DNA of 64,000 nucleotides from an uncultured Pseudomonadales bacterium (GTDB lineage: Bacteria > Pseudomonadota > Gammaproteobacteria > Pseudomonadales > Porticoccaceae): assembly GCA_943846685.1 (NCBI GenBank), contig OX044363.1, positions 1,765,386-1,829,385 on the forward strand, given 5' to 3'. Under the pieces are notes generated by a model. That model ran no database searches and was not told the DNA's origin. It worked only from the letters and a program-made list of their open reading frames with translations. Made by a program: the position numbers and the translations under genes. Position 1 is the first letter of the stretch, and each line of letters starts with the position of its first letter. This document shows, piece after piece, positions 1 to 11,512 of this stretch.

Positions 1-185
1 CAGAGAAAAAATAAGCCCGGCAGCCTCTATAAAGCTGCTATCAAGTCGGTAATCAGCCGCCTGCCAACGACCAAAAGGTTGAAACAGTTCCGACATTTTT
101 AAGGCTTGAAACCTAGACTTAGCCGCCTGATTAACAGCCGTTTATCAATCAAGCTTAAATAGGCGCAATTTCAGTCCATAAATTG

Positions 186-214
186 TTGACTACACCCCTT
201 AGGCCACCTAGAAT
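186..214 (+). promoter_or_regulatory. sigma70 stable-RNA promoter for tRNA-Asn
   Basis: TTGACT (186-191), 17-bp spacer, TAGAAT (209-214), followed by GC-rich discriminator GCGCGC. Confidence 0.8.
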
Positions 215-239
215 GCGCGCTTGTCAGGAAAGACACGAT

Positions 240-315
240 TCCGCCTTAGCTCAGTTGGTAGAGCAAATGACTGTTAATCATTGGGTCGCTGGTTCGAGCC
301 CAGCAGGCGGAGCCA
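240..315 (+). tRNA. tRNA-Asn (GTT)
   Basis: 76-nt cloverleaf: acceptor TCCGCCT/AGGCGGA, D-arm, anticodon stem ATGAC/ATCAT around loop TGTTAAT, T-loop GGTTCGAGCC, encoded CCA. Confidence 0.97.
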
Positions 316-413
316 CTTTTTTTGGGTATCTATTGGATTTCTATCACAGATAGAGCTAATAGATACTATTAAAAGTGCTTTAAAAGGAATTAGGTACAAA
401 TGGAGTACAGCAT

Positions 414-1479
414 ATGATGCAGTATCTGCCATCGCTCGCAGGCGTTGCGATTATCAGTTTTCTGTTCACCAGAATGCTGATCCCCCTCTCTCATAGCATG
501 GGTCTTCTAGACCGCCCCGACACACGCAAACTACATTTAGGTGCAGTTCCCCTTATCGGCGGCATCTCGATCTATTTATCAGTACTTTTTTGTGCAGTCT
601 TATTTCTCAATCTACCCGAACACTTTATAGGCATCGCCCTTATCTGCGGGTTGGTAACCTTTATTGGCGCTCTCGATGACCGCTATCCGGTTCATCCTAA
701 CTACCGACTCTCTATGCAGTTAATCGCCGGTATCACCATCGCCACCATCGGTGACGCCTGTCTTCGCGATCTCGGCAATCTGGTCGGCTTCGGCACCATT
801 ACTCTCGGCTTTCTGGCCATACCCTTTACCGCCATCACCATTGCCGGTCTGTGCAATGCCTACAATATGGTCGACGGCATCGACGGCCTGGCCGGTTCTC
901 TAACCCTAGTATCCATTCTCGGACTGCTGTTCCTGACCAATGGTCGAGCCGCTGACAATGAAGTCGCCCTGCTCGCCTATATGGCCACCTCAATCGGTGT
1001 GTTTTCTATTCTTTAATTTAAAAATAGGCCCCTTCGCCAAAGTGCAAAATATTTATGGGCGATGCCGGCAGTACCTTTTTGGGCTGCAGCGTGGCGATTG
1101 CAATGATCTATTTCTCCCAGAGCGGAGGACAATGTTTTAAGACCAGCTACCGCCCTCTGGCTGGTGGCCATTCCACTGATGGATATGACCAGCACCATGG
1201 TGCGGCGTATGAGCTAAAGGTAAGTCGCCCTTCCATGCCGATCGAACCCATCTGCACCATATTCTGATGCGCGGTGGACTCAGTCAGCAACAGGCTCTGA
1301 TAACCATTATTTTAGCTTCTGCTGGTATCGCCGGAATCGGCATTTTACTGGAGAGAGTATGGCCTCAGAACGACGCCATCTCGTTTGGATTGTTTGTTCT
1401 AACTTTCGCCCTGTACTTTAAGTTTATCTTCAAACACGCGTTTAAATTTGCCAGAGCTATTCGGCGCTTAAATAGCTAG
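414..1479 (+). pseudogene. wecA: WecA/MraY-family UndP-HexNAc-1-P transferase, interrupted by four +1 frameshifts (pseudogene or sequencing error)
   Basis: Motifs LDRP..RKLH, GALDDR, NAYNMVDGIDGL in 414..1016. KIFMGDAGS, PATALWLVAIPLMDM and PFHADRTHLHH lie in successive shifted frames. Removing one base near 1004, 1040, 1140 and 1210 gives one ~353-aa ORF. Confidence 0.85.
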
Positions 1480-1486
1480 CCCAAAC

Positions 1487-1524
1487 AAAAAAGGCATATT
1501 GATTAATACCAATATGCCTTTTTT
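1487..1524. terminator. bidirectional intrinsic terminator between convergent wecA and the polysaccharide operon
   Basis: AAAAAA-GGCATATTG-loop-CAATATGCC-TTTTTT, a perfect 9-bp stem flanked by A and T runs. Confidence 0.85.
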
Positions 1525-1551
1525 ATTACCGTGGTTATTGCCTTGAACGAG

Positions 1552-2286
1552 CTAGTAACCACCGCCCTTCAAAATAACAATCACACCCTTCCAGACAATC
1601 CACAGGTCGAGTTTTAAAAGTCCAAAGGATGAACGGTTTAAGTATTCATCAACATACTCATACTCGTAAACCGAGTTACCCATCTCAGATGTACCTTTGT
1701 TGATATGACCCAGCCCCAGCAAGCCACCCTTGAGTAATGAGCGAGTTACATTACCCTGCGCCTTATCACGCTCATAATGCAACACAGAGAGCGGACGGGG
1801 TCCGACAATACTCATATCACCAATTAAAACGCTCCAGAACTGTGGCAATTCATCCAGATACCATTTTTTGGCAAACGCACCAACAACGGTACGACTATCC
1901 GGTGTCCACTCCGCAGAAAATGCAATCCAGTCATGACGGGCTGCACCTTCAGGTTCTATATATTTGGTCTTGATAAGACGAATCTTCCACTTCTTCATCT
2001 TCTTGCCGCCACTGATACCCCAGTAGTAGAAGAGCATCGGGCCTTTATTCTCAGGGATTAGAATACCTTCAATCACATAAGCTATTTTTAGCAACAATAG
2101 AATCGGCAAGCTAGCCGCTAAAAGAACACTGGCCACCAACTTATCAAACAGCGTTTTGAAAAAACGCGCAGGCAGTGGCTCGGTTATTTCAAAAATATGC
2201 CCGTAGGTAGTTTTAATATGTTCGGTCGGCGGAGAATAGGGAAACGCTTCCGTAGGCTCTACCGCTGCTTCAATCTTGTCACTCAT
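1552..2286 (-). CDS. monotopic sugar-phosphate transferase (Bac_transf; PglC / WbaP C-terminal type)
   Basis: KTLFDKLVA..L helix, LDELPQF, GDMSIVGPRP motifs. ATG at 2286 preferred over the ORF-track start at 2352. Confidence 0.8.
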   Translation of the reverse strand: MSDKIEAAVEPTEAFPYSPPTEHIKTTYGHIFEITEPLPARFFKTLFDKLVASVLLAASLPILLLLKIAYVIEGILIPENKGPMLFYYWGISGGKKMKKWKIRLIKTKYIEPEGAARHDWIAFSAEWTPDSRTVVGAFAKKWYLDELPQFWSVLIGDMSIVGPRPLSVLHYERDKAQGNVTRSLLKGGLLGLGHINKGTSEMGNSVYEYEYVDEYLNRSSFGLLKLDLWIVWKGVIVILKGGGY

Positions 2287-2359
2287 AAAAAAGATTCTCG
2301 AATTCTGGAAAAATATTTTAAATAAAACAACCTTCCAAACTGGCAAGGTCAATTTATAG

Positions 2360-3649
2360 TTATTGGTTAATAAAATTTAAGGTGTTAAAGCCAAGTCGTT
2401 TCTTGACCATATAAACCGCAAGAAGATTTTGACTACCAATGGCTATGGCTGTTGATAGAGCAGCCCCTGTAGCGCCATACAGCGGAGTCAAAATAAAACC
2501 AAGGACCAGAGCTAGAGGTCCGGTAAAGAAAACCAGATTGCGCATATCCTTCTCATGGCCGGTCATATTCAGGAGGTAACCCACCGAGCCAGTCACAACA
2601 TTCACAAACTGACCAACCACAAAGATTCGCAACAAATCTGCGCCCTGACGATATTCTTCGCCAAAAAGGCCCATTAAAAATTCAGCAAACAAAAGAACAA
2701 AAATTAAAATCGGTGTGGCGACAGAGACCATAATGCGGGTACAAAACAACGAAGCAGCTCTAAGGTCATCATTGTTATTAAGCTTGGCACTAGCCGCAAA
2801 ACGAGGGGCTGCGACCATATTCACCGCAACCAGCACAAAACTTGTCAATGCACCCAGGCGCATGGCGACAGATAAAAATGCGATCTCCTCTGCAGGCAAA
2901 AAACCACCGGCAATCAACTGTCCAGACCATTGCACCAGCAGCATCATAACCATCACCGTACACAGCGGCTTGGCACTTTCTACCAGTGCACCCTGTTGAG
3001 AGTAATCCGCTTTAATGTGCCAGTGACCCTGCTTGATCCAGTACCAGAGACCTATAACCAGTGTGATAAAAGCGCCGATAGAAAATACTGCAGCAACATT
3101 GGCCGCCGATAAAACAACGCCAAAGGCTATAGCCACAACAAGCGTCAAGATCACCAACAACTGCGTGGATATATTGAGAACAAAGGCCGATATTAGAGGT
3201 TTATGAACCCCCTGAAAGGCGTAGCCAAGTAATTGGTAAAGCGCAAAGCAAGGTATACCCAGAGCGAATGCAGCAAGAACTGAATGCAGCCCGGCACTCT
3301 CAAACAGCATATCCCCAAATTGACTGCTGACAACATACAGTAAAACCGCACATAGGCAGGCAATTAAGAGTGTCGCTTTAAAACCCGCTCTAAAGACACC
3401 GTTGATAACGCCCCAATTATTCTCCGCTAAAAACCCACCAATAAAACGGATAAAAGCCGTTGTAAGCCCCAGAGTTGATAATGTTCCCAATACCGTAAAT
3501 ATCGCAAAAGCGAAAAAGAACAGACCAGCTTGATCAACCGCCAAATTGGTAGAGATCACAAAAGTCATACATATCCCGGAAGCTGCACCAATAACGCGGG
3601 CAGCGAAGGCTAAACCGGAACTCTTTAAGAAAGACTTTTTACCCTGCAC
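2360..3649 (-). CDS. wzx: Wzx-type polysaccharide flippase (MOP superfamily)
   Basis: 429 aa with ~12 hydrophobic segments; C-terminal LNMTGHEK..LTPLYGATGAALST pattern; operon context. Confidence 0.8.
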   Translation of the reverse strand: MQGKKSFLKSSGLAFAARVIGAASGICMTFVISTNLAVDQAGLFFFAFAIFTVLGTLSTLGLTTAFIRFIGGFLAENNWGVINGVFRAGFKATLLIACLCAVLLYVVSSQFGDMLFESAGLHSVLAAFALGIPCFALYQLLGYAFQGVHKPLISAFVLNISTQLLVILTLVVAIAFGVVLSAANVAAVFSIGAFITLVIGLWYWIKQGHWHIKADYSQQGALVESAKPLCTVMVMMLLVQWSGQLIAGGFLPAEEIAFLSVAMRLGALTSFVLVAVNMVAAPRFAASAKLNNNDDLRAASLFCTRIMVSVATPILIFVLLFAEFLMGLFGEEYRQGADLLRIFVVGQFVNVVTGSVGYLLNMTGHEKDMRNLVFFTGPLALVLGFILTPLYGATGAALSTAIAIGSQNLLAVYMVKKRLGFNTLNFINQ

Positions 3650-3669
3650 AACAATAAGCTCTATATGTT

Positions 3670-4554
3670 CTAAATTGATTTTAGTTTTGAAATAACCACT
3701 TTAATCGCAGACATCCAATCGCTAGATTGAACGGCCCAATCATTCATAATCTTGCCTGAGTCCAATGCCGAGAACGCAGGTCTTTTAGCCGGCGTGGGGA
3801 ACTCAGCAGTACTAATTGGCGTTAGTGCTGGACCACTGGAAATTAGATCGGCTGCCACCGCCTGTTCAAAAATAGCATCGGCAAAACCAAACCAGGTCGT
3901 CGATTGATCACCACAGTAATGATACAAACCCCAGTTCTGATTATTAGACTCAATACCTGACAGAATCTTCACAATAGCCTTAGCAATATCCTGCGCATAG
4001 GTCGGGCAACCAATTTGATCAGACACAATACTCAGGGAATCACGACCCTCAGCCAGGCGCAGCATGGTCTTTAAAAAGTTATTGCCATACTCACTAAATA
4101 CCCAGGCGGTTCGTATAATCAGGTGATTACAGCCAGATTCCTGAACTGCTAGCTCACCCAACAGCTTAGTTTGCCCATAGACACCCTGAGGATTGGTTAC
4201 TGCCGCTTCACCATATGAGATTGTCGCCTCGCCATCAAACACATAGTCAGTGGAAACATGGACCAGCACAGCGCCAATTTCAGCGCATACATTGGCAACA
4301 TTACCCACCGCGAGATTATTGATCAGATTTGCCTGCTCAGTCTCATCCTCAGCCTTATCCACTGCCGTGTAAGCGCTGGCATTAATAACCACATCCGCCT
4401 CGAGAGACACCAGTGCCGCTCTTGTCGTCTCAAAATCCGCAAGATTGATTTCGGCCCTTGAAGCCAGGGTAACCGCATGATTCGTACCGGCTAACTGATC
4501 CGCTAAACAGCGGCCAAGTTGACCATTGGCACCGAGAACTAAAACTTTCATCAT
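3670..4554 (-). CDS. rmlD: dTDP-4-dehydrorhamnose reductase (copy 1)
   Basis: GANGQLG, AYTAVDKAE, STDYVFDG, YGQTK motifs; ATGA overlap with the rmlC stop. Confidence 0.95.
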   Translation of the reverse strand: MMKVLVLGANGQLGRCLADQLAGTNHAVTLASRAEINLADFETTRAALVSLEADVVINASAYTAVDKAEDETEQANLINNLAVGNVANVCAEIGAVLVHVSTDYVFDGEATISYGEAAVTNPQGVYGQTKLLGELAVQESGCNHLIIRTAWVFSEYGNNFLKTMLRLAEGRDSLSIVSDQIGCPTYAQDIAKAIVKILSGIESNNQNWGLYHYCGDQSTTWFGFADAIFEQAVAADLISSGPALTPISTAEFPTPAKRPAFSALDSGKIMNDWAVQSSDWMSAIKVVISKLKSI

Positions 4555-5084
4555 CGAATATCCGCCAAAAATGGCGCTGACTGGTCCTTCTGAGACAGCA
4601 GAGGATTGGACTCTGGCCATGTAATGCCCAGATCAGGATCACTCCACAGAATGCTGCCTTCGTCCGTGGGATCGAAGTAGTCCGTACACTTGTAGACAAA
4701 GTCCGCAATATCCGAGAGAACGACAAAACCATGGGCAAAGCCTGGCGGCACCCAAAATTGTTTTTTGTTTTCTTCCGATAAGATAACGCCTTCCCACTGA
4801 CCGAAGGTACTCGAGCCCTCGCGGATATCAACAGCAACGTCAAATACCTCACCTTTAACTACGCTAACCAGCTTGCCCTGTGGCTTGGTCTTTTGAAAAT
4901 GCAAACCACGCAAAACAGATTTCGCCGAGCGCGAGTGATTATCCTGCACAAATGGCAGACTGATACCCGCCTCGTCTCTGTATCTGGACAACTGAAAAGT
5001 CTCGAGAAAAAAACCACGCTCATCACCAAATATTTTTGGCTCAATAATCACACAATCTTTTAATTTAGTTTGTATTACCTTCAC
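4551..5084 (-). CDS. rmlC: dTDP-4-dehydrorhamnose 3,5-epimerase (copy 1)
   Basis: [34 protein letters not shown] motifs. Confidence 0.96.
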   Translation of the reverse strand: MKVIQTKLKDCVIIEPKIFGDERGFFLETFQLSRYRDEAGISLPFVQDNHSRSAKSVLRGLHFQKTKPQGKLVSVVKGEVFDVAVDIREGSSTFGQWEGVILSEENKKQFWVPPGFAHGFVVLSDIADFVYKCTDYFDPTDEGSILWSDPDLGITWPESNPLLSQKDQSAPFLADIR

Positions 5085-5965
5085 TTATAACCACCTGCTA
5101 CCTTTCTTAAATACTGTCCATATGACGTTTTCTTAAGTGCATCCGCCTGACTGAGAATCCCTTCATGGGATAGCCAACCCTGATGGAATGCAATTTCCTC
5201 CAGACAGGCAACTTTCAAGCCCTGCCGGTGTTCAACTGTTTGAACAAACTGTCCCGCCTCAAGCAGGGAATCATGTGTGCCTGTATCCAGCCAGGCAAAA
5301 CCACGACCCAATAGCTGAACACCCAGATCACCTCTGGCCTGATAGGCATTGTTAACATCAGTGATTTCAAGCTCACCACGAGCAGAGGGAATAACTGCCT
5401 TGGCAATTTCTACTACATCATTGTCGTAAAAATAAAGCCCGGTTACCGCATAGCTTGACTTGGGGGTTTCCGGTTTCTCTGCAATAGATAAAACCTTCCC
5501 CTCATTATCAAACTCAACAACACCAAAGCGCTCAGGATCAGGGACATGATAACCAAAGATGGTTGCACCCTTATCCTTACTAACAGCGGCTTTTAAATTT
5601 TCAGAAAAATGTTGGCCGTAAAAAATATTATCACCAAGAACCAGAGCAACATTGCTATCGCCGATAAACTCCTCACCGAGAAGAAATGCCTGCGCCAATC
5701 CATCCGGGCTTGGCTGGATTGCGTATTCGATCTCAATGCCGAACTTTGATCCATCGCCCAACAGTTTCTGATAACTGGCAATATCATCGGGCGTAGAAAT
5801 CACAAGAATCTCTTTTATGCCCGCCAACATTAAAATCGAGATAGGGTAATAAATCATCGGCTTGTCATAGATAGCCAATAACTGCTTGGAGACACCAATA
5901 GTAATGGGGTGCAACCTGGTACCTGAACCTCCGGCTAATACAATTCCTTTATATTTAACTGTCAA
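5081..5965 (-). CDS. rmlA: glucose-1-phosphate thymidylyltransferase (copy 1)
   Basis: [38 protein letters not shown] motifs. Confidence 0.97.
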   Translation of the reverse strand: MTVKYKGIVLAGGSGTRLHPITIGVSKQLLAIYDKPMIYYPISILMLAGIKEILVISTPDDIASYQKLLGDGSKFGIEIEYAIQPSPDGLAQAFLLGEEFIGDSNVALVLGDNIFYGQHFSENLKAAVSKDKGATIFGYHVPDPERFGVVEFDNEGKVLSIAEKPETPKSSYAVTGLYFYDNDVVEIAKAVIPSARGELEITDVNNAYQARGDLGVQLLGRGFAWLDTGTHDSLLEAGQFVQTVEHRQGLKVACLEEIAFHQGWLSHEGILSQADALKKTSYGQYLRKVAGGYK

Positions 5966-5996
5966 AATAACCTACCTGTCTCAAGTAATAATTAAT

Positions 5997-7061
5997 CTAT
6001 TTCGCTATTCTGCGAAGCAACATTTCTTTCAGGTTTTTAGTCCGCTTAAAATTCATAAGCAGCGCTAAAAAGCCCTTAACAAAAAGAGAACAACCACTGC
6101 CTAGCAAGCTCAACCAAGACCCTTTTATATCCTCAACCACATAGCCATATTCGTGCATCTCAGCTTTAGCGACACGCTGGCATATATCAATCTCAGCGTT
6201 TGACAGCCCGCCCTTTAGCCATGCTTGAGCGCGGTTTTTATCAATGCCAATCTCTTCGGGCTTATCAGTACCAGCCGATGAACCCACCTGTGGCACATCC
6301 AGCATAGAGCTTTCAAAATCCATATTCGCAAAAGCACAGATACCCCGAACAGTTTCTTCAGGGCTGGATAACAGATCCTCAAAACGGATAGACATAAACC
6401 GCTCTCGGCCTTTAAATTTAGAAGCTATTCGAACCGCTGAAACCCAGAGCTTGGTGGTAATTAATGGATGATAATTTGTCCAGGAACGAAACGCCTCATT
6501 GCGTGGAATAGTTGAGCCACCCAGAAACATTCGGCGCCATTTGTTTTTCTGGGAAACTAAAACATCACGGGGATCACGAACTAAATTAACAATCACCGCA
6601 TTGGGAAACTCATCCAGTATCTCATTCAGGAAATAGAGATAACCGGGAGTCTGCTCGCAGGGAATTTCTCTATCCTGGAGATTGGACTCGTAGTGCAAAA
6701 AATTGCGGTAAACATCAATGGGGTTGCGCTCGGCACTCTGCCCCAAAAAAGCCACTGCCTCTTCTTCATAGGCAGCAGTGTTGGCCTTGGAAAATAAGCT
6801 TTCACGAGACGAAGTAAACAGGCGAACCAATAAGGTAACCAGCTTATCCTGACTCCACTGAGAGCCGTCAGTAACCGCCCCGGCATCTACCTGATGATCA
6901 AAAAAGTGCAGCTCTCCAAAGGTATAGACCTTTGAATTTTGGCCGATAATACGACCCAGCATAGTCGTACCGCTGCGGCTATTGCCAACAACGAAAACCT
7001 GCTTTCTTTGATCAGTGCTGTCTATATTTTGCATACAGCTGATATCCACACTGTTGCGCAT
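5997..7061 (-). CDS. PAPS-dependent sulfotransferase 1 (inserted between rmlB and rmlA)
   Basis: 5'-PSB loop VGNSRSGTTML, EQTP, 3'-PB LVRDPRDVLVS, IRFEDLLSSPE. Start may be the ATG at 7034. Confidence 0.88.
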   Translation of the reverse strand: MRNSVDISCMQNIDSTDQRKQVFVVGNSRSGTTMLGRIIGQNSKVYTFGELHFFDHQVDAGAVTDGSQWSQDKLVTLLVRLFTSSRESLFSKANTAAYEEEAVAFLGQSAERNPIDVYRNFLHYESNLQDREIPCEQTPGYLYFLNEILDEFPNAVIVNLVRDPRDVLVSQKNKWRRMFLGGSTIPRNEAFRSWTNYHPLITTKLWVSAVRIASKFKGRERFMSIRFEDLLSSPEETVRGICAFANMDFESSMLDVPQVGSSAGTDKPEEIGIDKNRAQAWLKGGLSNAEIDICQRVAKAEMHEYGYVVEDIKGSWLSLLGSGCSLFVKGFLALLMNFKRTKNLKEMLLRRIAK

Positions 7062-7092
7062 TCAACACTAGAAGCGCTCAAAAAGGCGAGAT

Positions 7093-8157
7093 TCACGAAT
7101 CTTCACCTATTCTTTCCAACCTGTAGGCACCGGATAATACGCGCTTCCACCAGTCCTCATTATTGATGTACCAGACTACGGTTTTACGTAATCCAGTCTC
7201 GAAAGTTTCTTCAGGAACCCAGCCCAAATCCTCACCTATCTTCGATGCATCGATAGCATAGCGAGTGTCATGACCAGGGCGATCCTTCACAAAAGTGATC
7301 AGATCGCGGTAATTAGCGACACCCTCAGGTTTAGCGGGAACCAGTTCTTCCAAAAGTTCACATATAGTCTCAACCACTTCTATATTAGTCTTTTCATTGT
7401 GGCCACCAATATTATAGGTCTCGCCGAGCTTACCTTCCTGAGCAACCTTAAATAGCGCTCTTGCATGATCTTCCACATACAGCCAGTCTCGAATCTGCAA
7501 CCCGTCACCATAAATAGGCAGAGGCATTCCGTGGAGCGCATTCAATATAACGTGAGGTATCAGCTTTTCTGGAAAGTGATAAGGACCATAGTTGTTTGAA
7601 CAGTTAGTAATAATAACCGGCAGTTTATAGGTTCGACCCCAGGCTCTTACAAGATGGTCTGAACTGGCTTTACTCGCAGAATAAGGTGAAGACGGCGCAT
7701 AGGGCGTAGTCTCTAAAAATAGATCATCAGTGCCTTCTAAATCGCCATAGACCTCATCGGTAGAGATATGGTGAAAACGAAACGCTGCCTTTTCACTATC
7801 CGACAACCCTTCATAATAGGCACGGGACTGATTGAGCAGGTTAAATGTGCCCATAATATTTGTGCGCATAAAATCGCCCGGACTATCGATAGAACGATCC
7901 ACATGACTCTCAGCAGCCAGATGCATAACTATTGACGGACGATATTTGGTAAACAGTCCAGCAACGGCAACCTCATCACAAATATCCACTGTCTCAAGAC
8001 TATAGCGCTCACTGGAATCAAAACCGCCCAGAGATTCCAAATTACCGGCGTATGTAAGCTTATCAACATTGACCACATTGAAATCAGACGTATTTAAAAT
8101 GTTTCTTACAACAGCGCTGCCAATAAAACCGGCGCCACCGGTTACTAAAATATGCAA
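7093..8157 (-). CDS. rmlB: dTDP-glucose 4,6-dehydratase (copy 1)
   Basis: [48 protein letters not shown] motifs. Confidence 0.97.
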   Translation of the reverse strand: MHILVTGGAGFIGSAVVRNILNTSDFNVVNVDKLTYAGNLESLGGFDSSERYSLETVDICDEVAVAGLFTKYRPSIVMHLAAESHVDRSIDSPGDFMRTNIMGTFNLLNQSRAYYEGLSDSEKAAFRFHHISTDEVYGDLEGTDDLFLETTPYAPSSPYSASKASSDHLVRAWGRTYKLPVIITNCSNNYGPYHFPEKLIPHVILNALHGMPLPIYGDGLQIRDWLYVEDHARALFKVAQEGKLGETYNIGGHNEKTNIEVVETICELLEELVPAKPEGVANYRDLITFVKDRPGHDTRYAIDASKIGEDLGWVPEETFETGLRKTVVWYINNEDWWKRVLSGAYRLERIGEDS

Positions 8158-8187
8158 GAGATAACCCTCAGATAAAAATTAAAATTG

Positions 8188-9327
8188 TTAAACCAGGTCT
8201 GCTTTTTCCACATCAATGGATTCAGAACCTGAATGCTTTAAAAGTATGTTTTCATACTGTGAAAGAATACCGTCCCACTGAAATTCCTCGACAAACTTTC
8301 CTTTTGAGCAAGTTCGTTTATCCAGCACAAAATCATCGTCCATATAGCCATTTTCAAAGAAATCACTCAGATCATCGATTCCTGAAAAATAGTGCGCCGC
8401 ATCACCGGCAACCCAGCGATTAAACTTATTGTCATGGGCAATAATGGCACAGCCGGCACCCATAGCCTCAACCAGCGAGGGATTAGTGCCGCCAACCTGA
8501 TGACCATGAATATAGAAACGCGAGAAAAAACGCAGCGCGCTCACTACTGCAAAGTCATAAATAGCACCGGGGAAAACCACATCATCACTTGCAGCATCAA
8601 TGACTGCCTTATGGTAAGGATTAGAATCCGGCAAAAATTTCCCTAAAACTAAAAGTTTGTGATCACGCTTTGTTTTTGAAAATGCGCTGACAATTTCTAA
8701 AAAAGAATTTTCCGGCTCAGGACGAGCAATGATGATTGAATATTTATTTTTCACCACGCCATATTTCTCAATCAGAGATTCATCCGCTTCGGTTACCTCA
8801 GCGGCCCCATAGGGAATCATGGTGATCTTTTTACGCCCAACACGAGTAGCAAGATGATCTTCAATACAAGGATGATCAGCAATAAGGTGATTGCCGAACC
8901 AGCATCCAAAACGCTCGTTCATCCAAAACCATAGTTTGGCAACATAACCCCACTTCTGCCGCTTCCACTCAATACCGTCCATATTGATGACATTAACTTT
9001 TCTAAACAGACGTAAAAATAAACAAAATATAGCGGTGTTATAACCTAGAGTTAAATAAGTGGCCGAATGACGTAACGAATGAAGGGTAGCCTTCAAGTCA
9101 AAAATAACGGTCCCCAGTGCACCGGACGTAGAAACAGGGATATTAATACGCTTAACCCCACGCCATTCGTCCTCATAAATCTTTCCTGAGCCGTCTACCT
9201 GACAATAGACTGTCACCTTCCAATCACGCTTCAAGAGATACTCAGATAAGTACTGTGCAAATGTCTCAAAACCACCATGATTTGCCGGGATACCACGAAT
9301 ACCCAACACAACAAGATCTTTACTCAT
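8188..9327 (-). CDS. GT4 glycosyltransferase, WchF/RgpA-like putative rhamnosyltransferase
   Basis: N-terminal GIRGIPANHGGFETF, INMDGIEWKRQKW, ARPEPEN, GGTNPSLVEAM. Confidence 0.8.
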   Translation of the reverse strand: MSKDLVVLGIRGIPANHGGFETFAQYLSEYLLKRDWKVTVYCQVDGSGKIYEDEWRGVKRINIPVSTSGALGTVIFDLKATLHSLRHSATYLTLGYNTAIFCLFLRLFRKVNVINMDGIEWKRQKWGYVAKLWFWMNERFGCWFGNHLIADHPCIEDHLATRVGRKKITMIPYGAAEVTEADESLIEKYGVVKNKYSIIIARPEPENSFLEIVSAFSKTKRDHKLLVLGKFLPDSNPYHKAVIDAASDDVVFPGAIYDFAVVSALRFFSRFYIHGHQVGGTNPSLVEAMGAGCAIIAHDNKFNRWVAGDAAHYFSGIDDLSDFFENGYMDDDFVLDKRTCSKGKFVEEFQWDGILSQYENILLKHSGSESIDVEKADLV

Positions 9328-10312
9328 AACCGAGTTCTCCCATCAATCTCATAAATTCATCTTTAATTTCAATGGGCAGGTCAACAGGTTGACTGGCCCT
9401 CGGTGAGATCAACTCCTGTCGACAATATGTTGAAAAATCAGCGTCTTCAGACAATTCGCAAAACTTTAAAACGTCCTCCCTGTAAGACTCATCACGAACA
9501 TAACTCTCGTAACGAACCGGAATCATATTTACACTTTCGTCCTGCTGCAGAGCCAGGCCCTGCTTCATGGTTAAAATCCATTCGACGGCAGCCATATGCA
9601 CATGATCGGTATACTTTTTGATTGCTTCAGTACTTTTAGATAAAACCGGATCGCGACTTAATACCTGTTCACAGAGCAACTCCCACTTTCTATTGTTAAC
9701 GCCCCACCAGTCATGGACATCTCCAGCCACATCAAAACCGATACGCTCCGACCATCGCTGAATAGAATTGCAGGTATCCCAGCCATTTCGGTACAAGAAA
9801 AGGAATTTGGCATCAGGAAAAATCTTCTCGACAAAAGAAGTTCTAAATATCAACTCCGGATATTTATCGACCAAACGAGTTCTCGAGGTCAATTTCAGGT
9901 AGCAACCAATAATTGAAGAGAGCTTTTGTTTAATACTGGTACTGGCATCGTCGGCAGTAAGGTAGTAATTGCCAGGTTTATCCTGATAACTACCAATAAC
10001 GTCCTCACCCTTATGGGCATAACTCCAAAGTGCTTTTGGTTCATTTAAAAACCCGACGTCATCATGCATTCCCAATGTTATACCCAGCATTGTTGAGCCA
10101 CTGCGGCCAGTGCCAAGAATAAAAATCGGGCGATCAACTCGGGTCTTAAGTTTTAAGGATGCCTGAACCCTATAAAGAAAAAAGACAACTTGATTGAACC
10201 AACGCCCCTTTGTTGTTAAGGGTCGACCTTCATAGAGCAAATAACTTATAAACCTTACAAGAGTCTTCTTTTTGGACAATTTAACAAAGGTATTATCTAA
10301 TTGTGCAACCAC
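9320..10312 (-). CDS. PAPS-dependent sulfotransferase 2
   Basis: PIFILGTGRSGSTML, LNEP, VDKYP, LYRNG.D, VRYES motifs. Confidence 0.85.
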   Translation of the reverse strand: MVAQLDNTFVKLSKKKTLVRFISYLLYEGRPLTTKGRWFNQVVFFLYRVQASLKLKTRVDRPIFILGTGRSGSTMLGITLGMHDDVGFLNEPKALWSYAHKGEDVIGSYQDKPGNYYLTADDASTSIKQKLSSIIGCYLKLTSRTRLVDKYPELIFRTSFVEKIFPDAKFLFLYRNGWDTCNSIQRWSERIGFDVAGDVHDWWGVNNRKWELLCEQVLSRDPVLSKSTEAIKKYTDHVHMAAVEWILTMKQGLALQQDESVNMIPVRYESYVRDESYREDVLKFCELSEDADFSTYCRQELISPRASQPVDLPIEIKDEFMRLMGELGYE

Positions 10313-10588
10313 TGATCATTTCTCTTAGTTGTAAATAGTTAGAGTTAACAGAAGCTTTACTACCCCAATAGCGAGACAGCGCATACAGGTAGGAGATCAC
10401 CTACAAGTTGAGCCAGAACTTACTATTGGTCGTTAAAAAAAGGCTTTAGCTAACATAGAACGCGGGTAAATTCACTGAGCTATAGTTTTTTAATATTGGC
10501 AGAAACTTTAAAGTGCCAGCAGGGAAAACCTATAGAAAATGACTTACAAATCGAACTAGAACGTTCTTTTTTTATAATTATAATTTTA

Positions 10589-11512
10589 TTATCTAGCAGA
10601 GGAGCCTGTGAGGACTTCTCTTAACTGTACATATTGTGCATTAACAGAAGCTTTAAAATCCCTATAGGGGGACCAATCAAAGTCTTCTGTAACCTTAGAG
10701 ATATCCAAGACAACTTCCTTCACGTCAAAGCTTCTCTTTGGCGTGTAGTTGACTCGAACCTCTGCAGGAGAAATATCTTTAACAACATCTATAATTTGAT
10801 TGACCGACATACCCACGCCACAGCCAGCGTTGTAGGTAGAAGACTTCTTAAAATCCACACAGACTGCAATTAAATCAGCCAAATCTTTTACATAAAGGTA
10901 ATCCCGAATAGATTCCCCATCACCAAAGATTGATGTGGTTCTCTCCTGAATCGAATTTTTAAGCAGAGTTGAAATAATTCCCTGCGCACCGGAGTGGGAC
11001 TGCCCTTCCCCGAAGACATTGGAAGGTCTAAGAATCAGCGAAGAAACACCCCAAATAGAATCACTGATATTGAGGAACTTCTCAATAGCAACCTTGACCA
11101 CGCCGTAACAGGAAATAGGGCTCAAAGGATGCTCTTCGTCGACTGGGCTAGATTGAGGATTGCCATAGACCGTGCCGCCAGAAGACAGATAAATCAACTT
11201 GGGTACCTTCATCTTTTGCATCAGGCTTAATAATTCAAGGGTATTAACCAGATTTGACTGGATATCGGCAACCGGATCCAGCTCGCTAGAAGATGGAACC
11301 GTGCTGCTAATACAGTGCACAACCAAATCTACATCAACAAGCGCCTCAGCTAATTTTGCATGATCTGAGAAGTCACCTTTAATCACAGTACAATTTTTGT
11401 TGCTAATATCACCGGAGCGAAAAAAAGCTTTAACAAAATGTTCTGTATTGGTTAATCGATCGACAACATGAGAGCCGATAAAACCTTTTGCTCCCAGAAC
11501 CAGGATATTCAT
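10589..11512 (-). CDS. NAD-dependent epimerase/dehydratase (extended SDR, GalE-like)
   Basis: GAKGFIG, LSSGGTVYG, YGVVK, RDYLYVKD. Confidence 0.88.
   Translation of the reverse strand: MNILVLGAKGFIGSHVVDRLTNTEHFVKAFFRSGDISNKNCTVIKGDFSDHAKLAEALVDVDLVVHCISSTVPSSSELDPVADIQSNLVNTLELLSLMQKMKVPKLIYLSSGGTVYGNPQSSPVDEEHPLSPISCYGVVKVAIEKFLNISDSIWGVSSLILRPSNVFGEGQSHSGAQGIISTLLKNSIQERTTSIFGDGESIRDYLYVKDLADLIAVCVDFKKSSTYNAGCGVGMSVNQIIDVVKDISPAEVRVNYTPKRSFDVKEVVLDISKVTEDFDWSPYRDFKASVNAQYVQLREVLTGSSAR

Noticed and set aside
1146-1157. ops-like GGCGGTAGCTGG on the minus strand
   Set aside because: It lies inside the wecA coding sequence on the antisense strand, beyond the operon terminator, and is explained by the P-A-T-A codons.
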